Assembly: GCF_000179635.2 (NCBI RefSeq)
Contig: NC_014833.1
Span: 2,310,001 to 2,342,000 of the forward strand
Source of the DNA: Ruminococcus albus 7 = DSM 20455
Lineage (GTDB): Bacteria > Bacillota > Clostridia > Oscillospirales > Ruminococcaceae
Length of the DNA: 32,000 bases
Reading direction: 5' to 3'
The notes below the pieces were generated by a model that saw only the letters and a list, made by a program, of their open reading frames with translations, searched no databases and was not told where the DNA came from. Every line of letters starts with the position of its first letter. Positions within the stretch are counted from its first letter, which is position 1. A program made the position numbers and the translations under genes. This document shows positions 25,338 through 32,000 of the stretch, in pieces.

Positions 25338-25970
25338 ATGGCTTTCGATTTCAAGAAAGAATACAAAGAGTATTATATGCCGCCGAAAAAGCCTGTTATC
25401 GTCGATGTTCCCGAGATGAGCTACATCGCGGTGAGGGGCAAGGGCGATCCGAATGAAAAAGACGGCGAATACAAGCAGGATGTCGGGGTGCTGTATGCTG
25501 TTGCTTACACGCTGAAAATGAGTTACAAGACAGATCACAGGATCGAAGGATTTTACGAATATGTCGTGCCTCCGCTGGAAGGTCTGTGGAAGCAGGACGG
25601 TTCGGAAAATATAGACTATGCTCACAAGGAACAATTTGAGTGGACAGCTATGATACGTCTTCCCGAGTTTGTAACGGAAGAAGAATTCCGATGGGCTGTT
25701 GAAACGGCTGAGAAGAAGAAAAATACAGATTGTTCAAAAGCACGATTCATAACACTTAAAGAAGGGCTTTGTGTACAGATGATGCATATCGGTTCGTATG
25801 ACGATGAACCCGCAAGTGTCGCACTGATGAATGAGTTTATCGCTGAACAGGGATATGTAAATGATATGGTAAATGAAAGACAGCATCATGAGATATATCT
25901 TTCAGACCCACGAAAGACTGAGCCTGCGAAGCTGAAAACGGTCATCAGGCACCCTATTAAAAAAGGCTAA
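25338..25970 (+). CDS. GyrI-like small-molecule-binding domain protein
   Basis: 210 aa. FDFKKEYKEYYMPPKKPVIVDVPEMSYIAVRGKGDPN...VVPPLEGLW...EGLCVQMMHIGSYDDE...HHEIYLSDPRK is typical of GyrI-like/effector-binding domain proteins. It starts 9 nt after the TraX stop. RBS aaggag. Confidence 0.75.
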   Translation: MAFDFKKEYKEYYMPPKKPVIVDVPEMSYIAVRGKGDPNEKDGEYKQDVGVLYAVAYTLKMSYKTDHRIEGFYEYVVPPLEGLWKQDGSENIDYAHKEQFEWTAMIRLPEFVTEEEFRWAVETAEKKKNTDCSKARFITLKEGLCVQMMHIGSYDDEPASVALMNEFIAEQGYVNDMVNERQHHEIYLSDPRKTEPAKLKTVIRHPIKKG

Positions 25971-26008
25971 TAATTTCCCATAAGGGATAATATAAAGGAA
26001 GATGTAAA

Positions 26009-26872
26009 ATGGATATTTCAAACAGTATCAGAAGTCAGATATTAAGCGATGCACTGCCCTATATACAGAAGTACCACAATAAGGTGGTAGTCGTAAAGTA
26101 CGGCGGCAACGCTATGACAAACGAAGCACTTAAAGAAGCAGTAATGAGCGATATCGTACTGCTTAGTGAAGTCGGCATAAAGGTCGTGCTGGTTCACGGA
26201 GGCGGCCCTGAGATCAATGCTATGCTTAAGAGAGTTGGCATTGAGAGCAAGTTCATAAACGGTCTTAGATATACAGACAAGGAAACTATGGACATTGTTA
26301 AAATGGTACTCTGCGGTAAGCTGAACAAGGAACTTGTATCCGCTTTACAGCTTCACGGAGGAAATGCGCTGGGACTTTGCGGATGCGACGGCAGAATGAT
26401 AATCGCTGATAAGCTTGACAGAGATGACGGAGAGGACTATGGCTATGTCGGTGAGATCAAGAAAGTCACTACCAAGCCTATACTCGATGCTATAAATGAC
26501 GGATATGTTCCGATAATCTCAACTGTAGGTATCGGTGAGGACGGACAGAGTTACAATATCAATGCTGATACTGCAGCATCAAGGATAGCTTCATGTCTGA
26601 GAGCTGAAAAGCTGATACTTATGACTGATATCGTTGGTCTGCTGAAAGACAAGGACGATGACAGCACACTGATACCTCAGGTAAATGTCAGCGAAGTTCC
26701 TTTCCTGAAAAAGTCCGGCATAATCAGCGGCGGTATGATACCCAAGATAGACTGCTGCGTGGAGGCAGTCAGACGCGGCGTCAAGAGGACCTCCATAATC
26801 GATGGCAGAGTTCCCCATTCGATACTTATCGAACTGCTTACAAATGAGGGTATCGGTACACAGTTCAACTGA
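26009..26872 (+). CDS. argB: Acetylglutamate kinase
   Basis: 287 aa with VVVKYGGNAM, VLVHGGGPEI and NINADTAA, which are amino-acid kinase family and ArgB motifs. Confidence 0.95.
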   Translation: MDISNSIRSQILSDALPYIQKYHNKVVVVKYGGNAMTNEALKEAVMSDIVLLSEVGIKVVLVHGGGPEINAMLKRVGIESKFINGLRYTDKETMDIVKMVLCGKLNKELVSALQLHGGNALGLCGCDGRMIIADKLDRDDGEDYGYVGEIKKVTTKPILDAINDGYVPIISTVGIGEDGQSYNINADTAASRIASCLRAEKLILMTDIVGLLKDKDDDSTLIPQVNVSEVPFLKKSGIISGGMIPKIDCCVEAVRRGVKRTSIIDGRVPHSILIELLTNEGIGTQFN

Positions 26873-27387
26873 TGGACAAAAATTACAAGCCTTACATCAA
26901 GAACATCACCGAAGAGTACGATGATTCCGCGGAAGCATACAAAATGCGAGACGAGATGGAAGCTTACAGGAAGAGGACGTTCCTGAGTTGGACAATATCA
27001 ATTTTTGTATCAGTAAATCTATTCTGGCTCCTCCCTTATGGATCTACGCTGATAATTGACTTCATAAAGATACTCATGAATGAACCTCCTCATTCAAATC
27101 TGAAAGAAGTGCTCCCCTTTGTTGGCTTACCGATCATCGTAACTACGATCATATCTTTGTGGGTAGGGTTATTACGTTACGATGGTGCACTAAAATCACA
27201 ACACTCTCCGTACAAACAATATAATATCCGCAAGCCCGATGAATATCTGAGGTATAAAAATACTTTCAGATTTACGGAAACAAGTGTTTTCTTCGATGGA
27301 AGATATATATTCGGGCGTATGTTTTACAAAGACATTGAGATATTTGTGACCTATGACTATTATTATATAACATGGTTATCCCTTTAA
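26872..27387 (+). pseudogene. 5' fragment of a small 2-TM membrane-protein gene truncated by the IS1595-family insertion
   Basis: The ATG overlaps the argB stop (TGATG). The ORF runs into the IS left inverted repeat and ends at a TAA inside it. The last residues, TWLSL, are IS-encoded. Confidence 0.65.
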
Positions 27388-27396
27388 CACACCACA
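27363..27396. repeat. IS1595-family left end: target-site duplication TTATATAA (27363-27370) plus terminal inverted repeat (27372-27396)
   Basis: ttatataa recurs at 28394-28401 (attatataa, 9 bp, also matches). The IR atggttatccctttaacacaccaca matches the reverse complement of 28368-28392 at 24 of 25 positions. Confidence 0.85.
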
Positions 27397-28393
27397 GATA
27401 ATTTACAATGCTGTCCAAATAAACAGACCTCAAAACTCAGAAAATATAGTATAATAGTGACAGAAACCGAAGGGAGCTGTCGCTATGTCAAAAAGATTTC
27501 CGAAACCTGAGATCACACTTGATGGGATATACTCAAAGTTCGCAGATGAAAGCTTTTGCAAGGATTTTTTGCTTGATATCCGCTTTGAAAAGGGCTTTGC
27601 CTGCCCGTTTTGCGGTGGCTCTGAGTACCGCAGGATAAGGTCACGCCATCTGCTGCGCTGCAAGTTCTGTAAAGCTGATATATCCGCCACAAACGGAACT
27701 TTTATGCACAGAACACATATTCCGCTGAGGCTGTGGATAATCACCGCATTCCTCATTATGAGCAACAAATGCAGCGTTTCTGCTGTTACACTTATGAGAA
27801 ATTTGGGAGTGACCTACAAGACTGCATGGTACATCCTTCACCGCATCAGAAAAGCTATGAAATGCCGTGAAAAACGCTATTTGCTGGACGGTATAGTTGA
27901 GCTTGACGACACCTATCTCGGTGCTCCGACTCACGGTAAAAAGCGCGGCAGAGGTACTGAAAAAGTCAAGATGATCGTAGCTTTATCGAAGAACGCAGCA
28001 GGAAATCCCGAGTACGTTAAAATGAGCGATGTGCCAAATTTAAAGGGCATAACTGTGGGTAGATTTGCCAGGGATAATATCCGCGCAGGCTCGAAGATCG
28101 AGAGTGATAATGCTCGAAGTTACAAGAAACCGCTGGCACAGAAATACTTCCATGTTTTTGAGACATATGATCCAACAAGCGGTCAGCTGAACTGGATGCA
28201 TAAAGTTATATCAAACTTCAAAGCAATGATCATGGGAACTTACCACGGAAACGAAAAGATCCACACAGCGTTATATGCTGCCGAATACTGCTACAAATTC
28301 AACCGTCGTAAGCTGGGAAACAGTGCGTATTTAAGGCTTTTGGCTGCTTTGGTGCAGTGATCTTACTTGTGGTGTGTTAAGGGGATAACCATA
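27371..28393 (+). mobile_element. Intact IS1595-family (ISXO2-like transposase) insertion sequence, about 1.02 kb
   Basis: 25-bp terminal IRs, an 8-9 bp AT-rich TSD, and a single transposase ORF filling the element. Confidence 0.88.
27485..28360 (+). CDS. IS1595-family transposase (N-terminal zinc ribbon plus ISXO2-like DDE domain)
   Basis: 291 aa with CPFCGGSEYRRIRSRHLLRCKFCK (zinc ribbon), THIPLRLW, VELDDTYLG and SDNARSYK. RBS gaaggga. Confidence 0.9.
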   Translation: MSKRFPKPEITLDGIYSKFADESFCKDFLLDIRFEKGFACPFCGGSEYRRIRSRHLLRCKFCKADISATNGTFMHRTHIPLRLWIITAFLIMSNKCSVSAVTLMRNLGVTYKTAWYILHRIRKAMKCREKRYLLDGIVELDDTYLGAPTHGKKRGRGTEKVKMIVALSKNAAGNPEYVKMSDVPNLKGITVGRFARDNIRAGSKIESDNARSYKKPLAQKYFHVFETYDPTSGQLNWMHKVISNFKAMIMGTYHGNEKIHTALYAAEYCYKFNRRKLGNSAYLRLLAALVQ

Positions 28394-28401
28394 TTATATA
28401 A
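28368..28401. repeat. IS1595-family right end: terminal inverted repeat (28368-28392) plus TSD TTATATAA (28394-28401)
   Basis: Reverse complement of the left IR (24/25) plus a direct-repeat copy of the target. Confidence 0.85.
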
Positions 28402-28719
28402 TACAAGATAATGGATATATAATGCAAGACTATGAAAATATAATACAAGATAATAAAAAATACCGAATGGACATAAATGGTTTTGAATGCGAGCCTGAGC
28501 AATTTCTTAAATTTATGGAGAGCAAAGGGGTAAGAGTTATTACCGATAAATAACCGTTCTGAACGGTATCGAAATGGTAATCAGAATCCCCACTACTTCA
28601 ACCTTTATTTTATAGGTAACAAGTACGCGATAGACAAGCATGGTTTCACCTGCCCTGCAACAGAATTTGAAAAGCTGATGTATGATATGGGCAATGAAAT
28701 CGAGATAGAATTAAGCTAA
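28401..28719 (+). pseudogene. 3' remnant of the IS-disrupted membrane-protein gene. It is in-frame with the 5' fragment to 28553, then a homologous module follows in the +1 frame to 28719.
   Basis: Removing the IS and one TSD copy joins ...VTYDYYYI to IQDNGYIMQDYENIIQDNKKYRMDINGFECEPEQFLKFMESKGVRVITDK* (stop at 28551-28553). The +1 frame (28513-28719) encodes ...NKYAIDKHGFTCPATEFEKLMYDMGNEIEIELS*. It has no start codon of its own. Confidence 0.55.
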
Positions 28720-28753
28720 AAATATAAATCGATTCTTTGAAAGGAAAATGAAA

Positions 28754-29935
28754 ATGAATACTATAGAACAGTTCAATGAACACGTTATGCCGACTTACGG
28801 AAGGTATGACCTGGTACTCGATAAGGGTGCTGAACAGACAGCTGTCAGCGAAGACGGCAAGCAGTACATAGATTTTGGCTCGGGTATCGGCACAAACAGC
28901 CTTGGTTACTGCAACGAGGAATGGGTAGATGCAGTTTGCGCTCAGGTAAAGAAGATACAGCACACCTCCAACTACTACTACACAAAGGTACAGGCTGATT
29001 TTGCGCAGAAGCTTTGCGGTATCACTGGTTACAGCAAGATGTTCTTCGGAAACTCGGGTGCTGAAGCTAACGAGTGCGCAATCAAGGTCGCAAGGAAGTA
29101 CAGCTTTGACAAGTACGGCAAGGAAGCCGAGAGGAATATCATCATCACACTGGTGAACAGTTTCCACGGAAGGACAATGGGAACTCTTTCCGCTACAGGA
29201 CAGGACGTATTCCATAACTACTTCTTCCCTTTCCTGCCCGGATTTGTAAACGTTAAGGCTAATGATATCGATGACCTGAACAAAGTCATAGCCGAGAACG
29301 ACGGCAAGGTATGCGCTATAATGTTTGAATGCATTCAGGGCGAAGGCGGCGTTGTTGGACTTGATGAGGCTTTTGTAAAGGCTATATTCGATGTAGCTGA
29401 AAAGAATGATATCCTGACTATCTGCGATGAAGTTCAGACAGGTGTAGGCAGGTCAGGCAAGTTCTTAGCTTGCATGAACTACGGCGTGAAGCCCAATATC
29501 GTGACCATGGCAAAGGGTCTGGCAGGAGGACTGCCTATCGGCGTATGCCTGGCTGACGAGAAGTGTTGTGATGTTCTGACCAAGGGCACACACGGTTCTA
29601 CCTTCGGCGGAAACCCCGTTGTATGTGCAGGCGGTCTGGCTGTACTGAACAATGTAACAAAAGAAGGCTTCCTTGATGAAGTTATCAAGAAGGGTGACTA
29701 TATCCGCGAGAAGCTGAAAGATGTTCCCGAAGTTACAGGCATCAGCGGTATGGGACTTATGCTGGGTGTCAGCCTGAAGACCAAGACCGCAGGCGATGTA
29801 TGCAAAGCTTGCCTTGACAATGGTCTGCTGATACTTACAGCTAAGGAAAAACTGCGTTTCTTGCCTCCGCTGAACATCAGCTACGAGGAGATAGACAAGG
29901 GTCTGGCTATTCTCAAGGATATCCTTGAAAAATAA
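28754..29935 (+). CDS. argD: Acetylornithine aminotransferase (class III PLP aminotransferase)
   Basis: FGNSGAEANE, DEVQTGVGRSGK, MAKGLAGGLPIG (PLP Lys) and THGSTFGGNP, within arg-cluster context. The ATG at 28754 is preferred for RBS spacing. The ATG at 28748 is an alternative. Confidence 0.93.
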   Translation: MNTIEQFNEHVMPTYGRYDLVLDKGAEQTAVSEDGKQYIDFGSGIGTNSLGYCNEEWVDAVCAQVKKIQHTSNYYYTKVQADFAQKLCGITGYSKMFFGNSGAEANECAIKVARKYSFDKYGKEAERNIIITLVNSFHGRTMGTLSATGQDVFHNYFFPFLPGFVNVKANDIDDLNKVIAENDGKVCAIMFECIQGEGGVVGLDEAFVKAIFDVAEKNDILTICDEVQTGVGRSGKFLACMNYGVKPNIVTMAKGLAGGLPIGVCLADEKCCDVLTKGTHGSTFGGNPVVCAGGLAVLNNVTKEGFLDEVIKKGDYIREKLKDVPEVTGISGMGLMLGVSLKTKTAGDVCKACLDNGLLILTAKEKLRFLPPLNISYEEIDKGLAILKDILEK

Positions 29936-29952
29936 TAGTTCGGAGGTATACC

Positions 29953-30393
29953 ATGACTATCAGGAAAATGGTTATCACGGACTACGATAAAGTTTACAGC
30001 CTGTGGCTTTCCTGCAAAGGCATGGGGCTGAATGACCTTGATGATTCGAGAGATGGCATAGCAAGATATCTGGAAAGAAATCCCGAAACGTGCTTTGTGG
30101 CTGAGGACAACGCTGAAATAGTTGGTGTGATAATCGCAGGTCATGACGGCAGACGCGGTTACATTTACCACACTGCAGTTTCTCCCGATCACAGAGGACA
30201 GGGCATCGGTACAAAGCTTGTAGATGCGGCTATGAAAGCACTCAAAGATCAGGGCATTAACAAGGCTGCGCTTGTATGCTTCTCGAAAAACGAAGGCGGG
30301 AACACTTTCTGGGAGAAGGCAGGGTTCAGTCACAGGACTGACCTGACCTACAGGAACAAGGCAATTTCCGAAATGAAAAGAATAGATACGTAA
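29953..30393 (+). CDS. GNAT-family N-acetyltransferase (YpeA-like architecture)
   Basis: 146 aa with the acetyl-CoA motif A region AVSPDHRGQGIGTKLV, preceded by IAGHDGRRGYIYH. RBS ggagg. It starts 17 nt after the argD stop. Confidence 0.85.
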   Translation: MTIRKMVITDYDKVYSLWLSCKGMGLNDLDDSRDGIARYLERNPETCFVAEDNAEIVGVIIAGHDGRRGYIYHTAVSPDHRGQGIGTKLVDAAMKALKDQGINKAALVCFSKNEGGNTFWEKAGFSHRTDLTYRNKAISEMKRIDT

Positions 30394-30426
30394 ATAAATA
30401 ATCTCAAATAACGGAGGTATTACAAT

Positions 30427-31341
30427 ATGAACCACTTACTCAAAATGCTTGATCTTTCAAAAGAGGAGATAATTGACATACTCAATCTGGCTGATCAGCT
30501 GAAATATGAAAACAAGAACGGAATCGAACATAAGGTGCTGAAGGGCAAGACTCTCGGCATGATATTCCAGAAGTCTTCCACACGTACACGTGTTTCTTTT
30601 GAGACAGGTATGTATCAGCTGGGCGGACAGGCACTGTTCCTCTCTAACCGCGATCTTCAGATTGGCAGAGGTGAACCTGTTCAGGATACAGCAAGAGTAC
30701 TCTCTCGTTACCTGGACGGTATCATGATCCGTACCTTTGAGCAGAAGGAAGTTGAAGATCTGGCTCAGTACGGTTCTATCCCGATAATAAACGGTCTGAC
30801 AGATTTCTGCCACCCTTGTCAGGTGCTTGCAGACCTTATGACTATCCGTGAGTTCAAGGGTCAGTTTGAAGGTCTGAAGATGTGCTACATCGGTGACGGA
30901 AACAACATGGCTAACTCCCTGATCGTCGGCGGACTTAAAGTCGGCATGAGCGTATCCATCGCTTGCCCCGAGGGCTATCGTCCCGATCCCGAGGTACTGG
31001 AATTCGCAAAGCAGTACGGTGATAAGTTCTTTATGACCGACAAGCCTATCGAAGCCGCTAAGGACGCAGACGTTCTGTTCACAGACGTATGGACTTCAAT
31101 GGGTGAAGAAGCTGAGACCGAGAAGCGTAAGGTAGCTTTTGCAGGATATCAGATAAATGACGATATAATGGCTGCAGCTAAACCTGATGCAATGGTACAG
31201 CACTGCCTGCCTGCACACCGTGAAGAAGAGATCACCGAGAAGGTATTCGAGGCTCACGCAAACGAGATATTTGAGGAAGCTGAAAACAGACTTCACGCTC
31301 AGAAGGCTGTAATGGTCAAGGTAATGGGCGGAAATAAGTAA
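30427..31341 (+). CDS. argF: Ornithine carbamoyltransferase
   Basis: SSTRTRVSFE (carbamoyl-phosphate site), HPCQVLAD, DVWTSMG and HCLPAHR. 304 aa. RBS ggagg. Confidence 0.96.
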   Translation: MNHLLKMLDLSKEEIIDILNLADQLKYENKNGIEHKVLKGKTLGMIFQKSSTRTRVSFETGMYQLGGQALFLSNRDLQIGRGEPVQDTARVLSRYLDGIMIRTFEQKEVEDLAQYGSIPIINGLTDFCHPCQVLADLMTIREFKGQFEGLKMCYIGDGNNMANSLIVGGLKVGMSVSIACPEGYRPDPEVLEFAKQYGDKFFMTDKPIEAAKDADVLFTDVWTSMGEEAETEKRKVAFAGYQINDDIMAAAKPDAMVQHCLPAHREEEITEKVFEAHANEIFEEAENRLHAQKAVMVKVMGGNK

Positions 31342-31363
31342 TATAACTATTATATCTAAAACA

Positions 31364-31403
31364 AAGACAGATACATCGTTATTTCAAATGATGTATCTGT
31401 CTT
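31364..31403. terminator. Bidirectional rho-independent terminator between argF and the convergent XRE gene
   Basis: 14-bp perfect stem aagacagatacatc(31364-31377)/gatgtatctgtctt(31390-31403). It is T-rich on both flanks (atttctt on plus, tgtttt on minus). Confidence 0.75.
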
Positions 31404-31422
31404 ATTTCTTATGTACCCCTCT

Positions 31423-31863
31423 TTACTTTTTCCAGTGTGAAAGTTCAGGAAGTGTTTTAGAAAGGTATTCCCTTGCCTGTTCAGAAGTAAACTGCTCATT
31501 AGATATATGATCAGCAAGAAAGTCGATAAGTTCATCAAGGGATGAATAAACATACTTGCCGTCAGTATAGCACCACTTGCAGTAATCCTCATTGAATGTT
31601 CCGTCCGCTTCTCTGCTGAGCACTGAATCATCAAGTGGCATTCCGCAGCATTGACAAATGAGCTTTCTCGGTGAACCAAGTATAGTGTTGATAGATACTT
31701 CAAACAATACAGAAAGCAGTTTCAATGTTTCAGTGTTCGGTACGGTATCTCCGTTCTCCCATCGAGATACAGCCTGTCGGGTGACATAGACCTTTTCAGC
31801 AAGCTCCTCCTGAGATAAACCTCGTTTTACGCGAAGTTCACGAATGATATTTTTGTTGTCCAT
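31423..31863 (-). CDS. XRE-family HTH transcriptional regulator with a C-terminal Cys-rich (zinc-ribbon-like) domain
   Basis: The N-terminus RELRVKRGLSQEELAEKVYVTRQAVSRWENG is a canonical HTH_3/XRE motif. The C-terminal part has CQCCG...CKWC. RBS gaaggagg. Confidence 0.85.
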   Translation of the reverse strand: MDNKNIIRELRVKRGLSQEELAEKVYVTRQAVSRWENGDTVPNTETLKLLSVLFEVSINTILGSPRKLICQCCGMPLDDSVLSREADGTFNEDYCKWCYTDGKYVYSSLDELIDFLADHISNEQFTSEQAREYLSKTLPELSHWKK

Positions 31864-32000
31864 GATATGATCTCCTCCTTCTTTGTATACATTATAACAT
31901 CAAATCCCTGATAATTCAAGCAACCTGCTGTTGCTCCTACTATGCTTGTCCGTCACAGGAATACAAGCGTATTTCACAAACGTACACAAGAAACTTTAGT

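Noticed and set aside
25179-25634. 151-aa minus-strand ORF spanning the TraX/GyrI-like junction
   Set aside because: It is antisense to two well-supported plus-strand genes with good RBSs, and it has no motif or start context.
28399-28455. Direct repeat ATAATACAAGATAAT occurring twice about 40 bp apart just right of the IS1595 element, considered as a mini-array or IS-related repeat
   Set aside because: Both copies are in frame within the restored ORF and encode the repeated peptide IIQDN. It is a coding repeat, not a CRISPR or IS structure.
28646-29215. 189-aa minus-strand ORF opposite argD, and the 184-aa ORF at 29881..30435 opposite the GNAT gene
   Set aside because: Both are antisense to well-supported genes and lack an RBS. 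They are shadow ORFs typical of genes with a GC-rich third codon position.

Overview
This is a 32-kb chromosomal window from a moderate-GC Firmicute. It is probably a Clostridia or Ruminococcus-like organism, but that is only a guess from codon usage and gene content.

Left half (1.8-16.8 kb), almost entirely minus-strand:
- An intact IS66-family element (tnpA/tnpB/tnpC plus a passenger ORF) with an 8-bp target duplication.
- An FMN-dependent 2-hydroxyacid dehydrogenase-family gene.
- A RidA-family gene translationally abutted to a tyrosine recombinase.
- A tightly coupled glgX / nucleotidyltransferase / hotdog thioesterase string.
- A Cys-rich pentapeptide-repeat protein downstream of a 433-aa uncharacterised protein with a sharp internal GC shift.
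- A leaderless GH26 gene, on the plus strand.
- An NfeD-SPFH (stomatin) pair.
- A flavin reductase-like gene.

The window starts with the 3' end of glyA and a sugar-phosphate isomerase/epimerase-like gene.

Right half (17.1-31.4 kb) is one co-directional plus-strand array carrying the whole glutamate-to-arginine pathway: argG, argH, argC, argJ, argB, argD and argF. Every arg gene is separated from the next by at least one unrelated gene. These are a pentapeptide-repeat protein, a 4-TM protein, an exported GH3 lipoprotein, TraX-like plus GyrI-like genes, a small membrane protein and a GNAT. The small membrane-protein gene between argB and argD is split by an intact IS1595-family element with a target duplication. 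Its 3' remnant also continues in the +1 frame.

The window ends with a convergent XRE/zinc-ribbon regulator.

I found no rRNA, tRNA or CRISPR array, and no recognisable defence, toxin-antitoxin or prophage module. No gene set here can be called a new system from sequence alone. The best candidates for something undescribed are:
- the interleaved arg array and its accessory genes;
- the two-module membrane protein hit by the IS;
- the mosaic 433-aa protein plus pentapeptide operon;
- the glgX / nucleotidyltransferase / thioesterase coupling.

All family assignments come from motif recognition by eye and need database confirmation.
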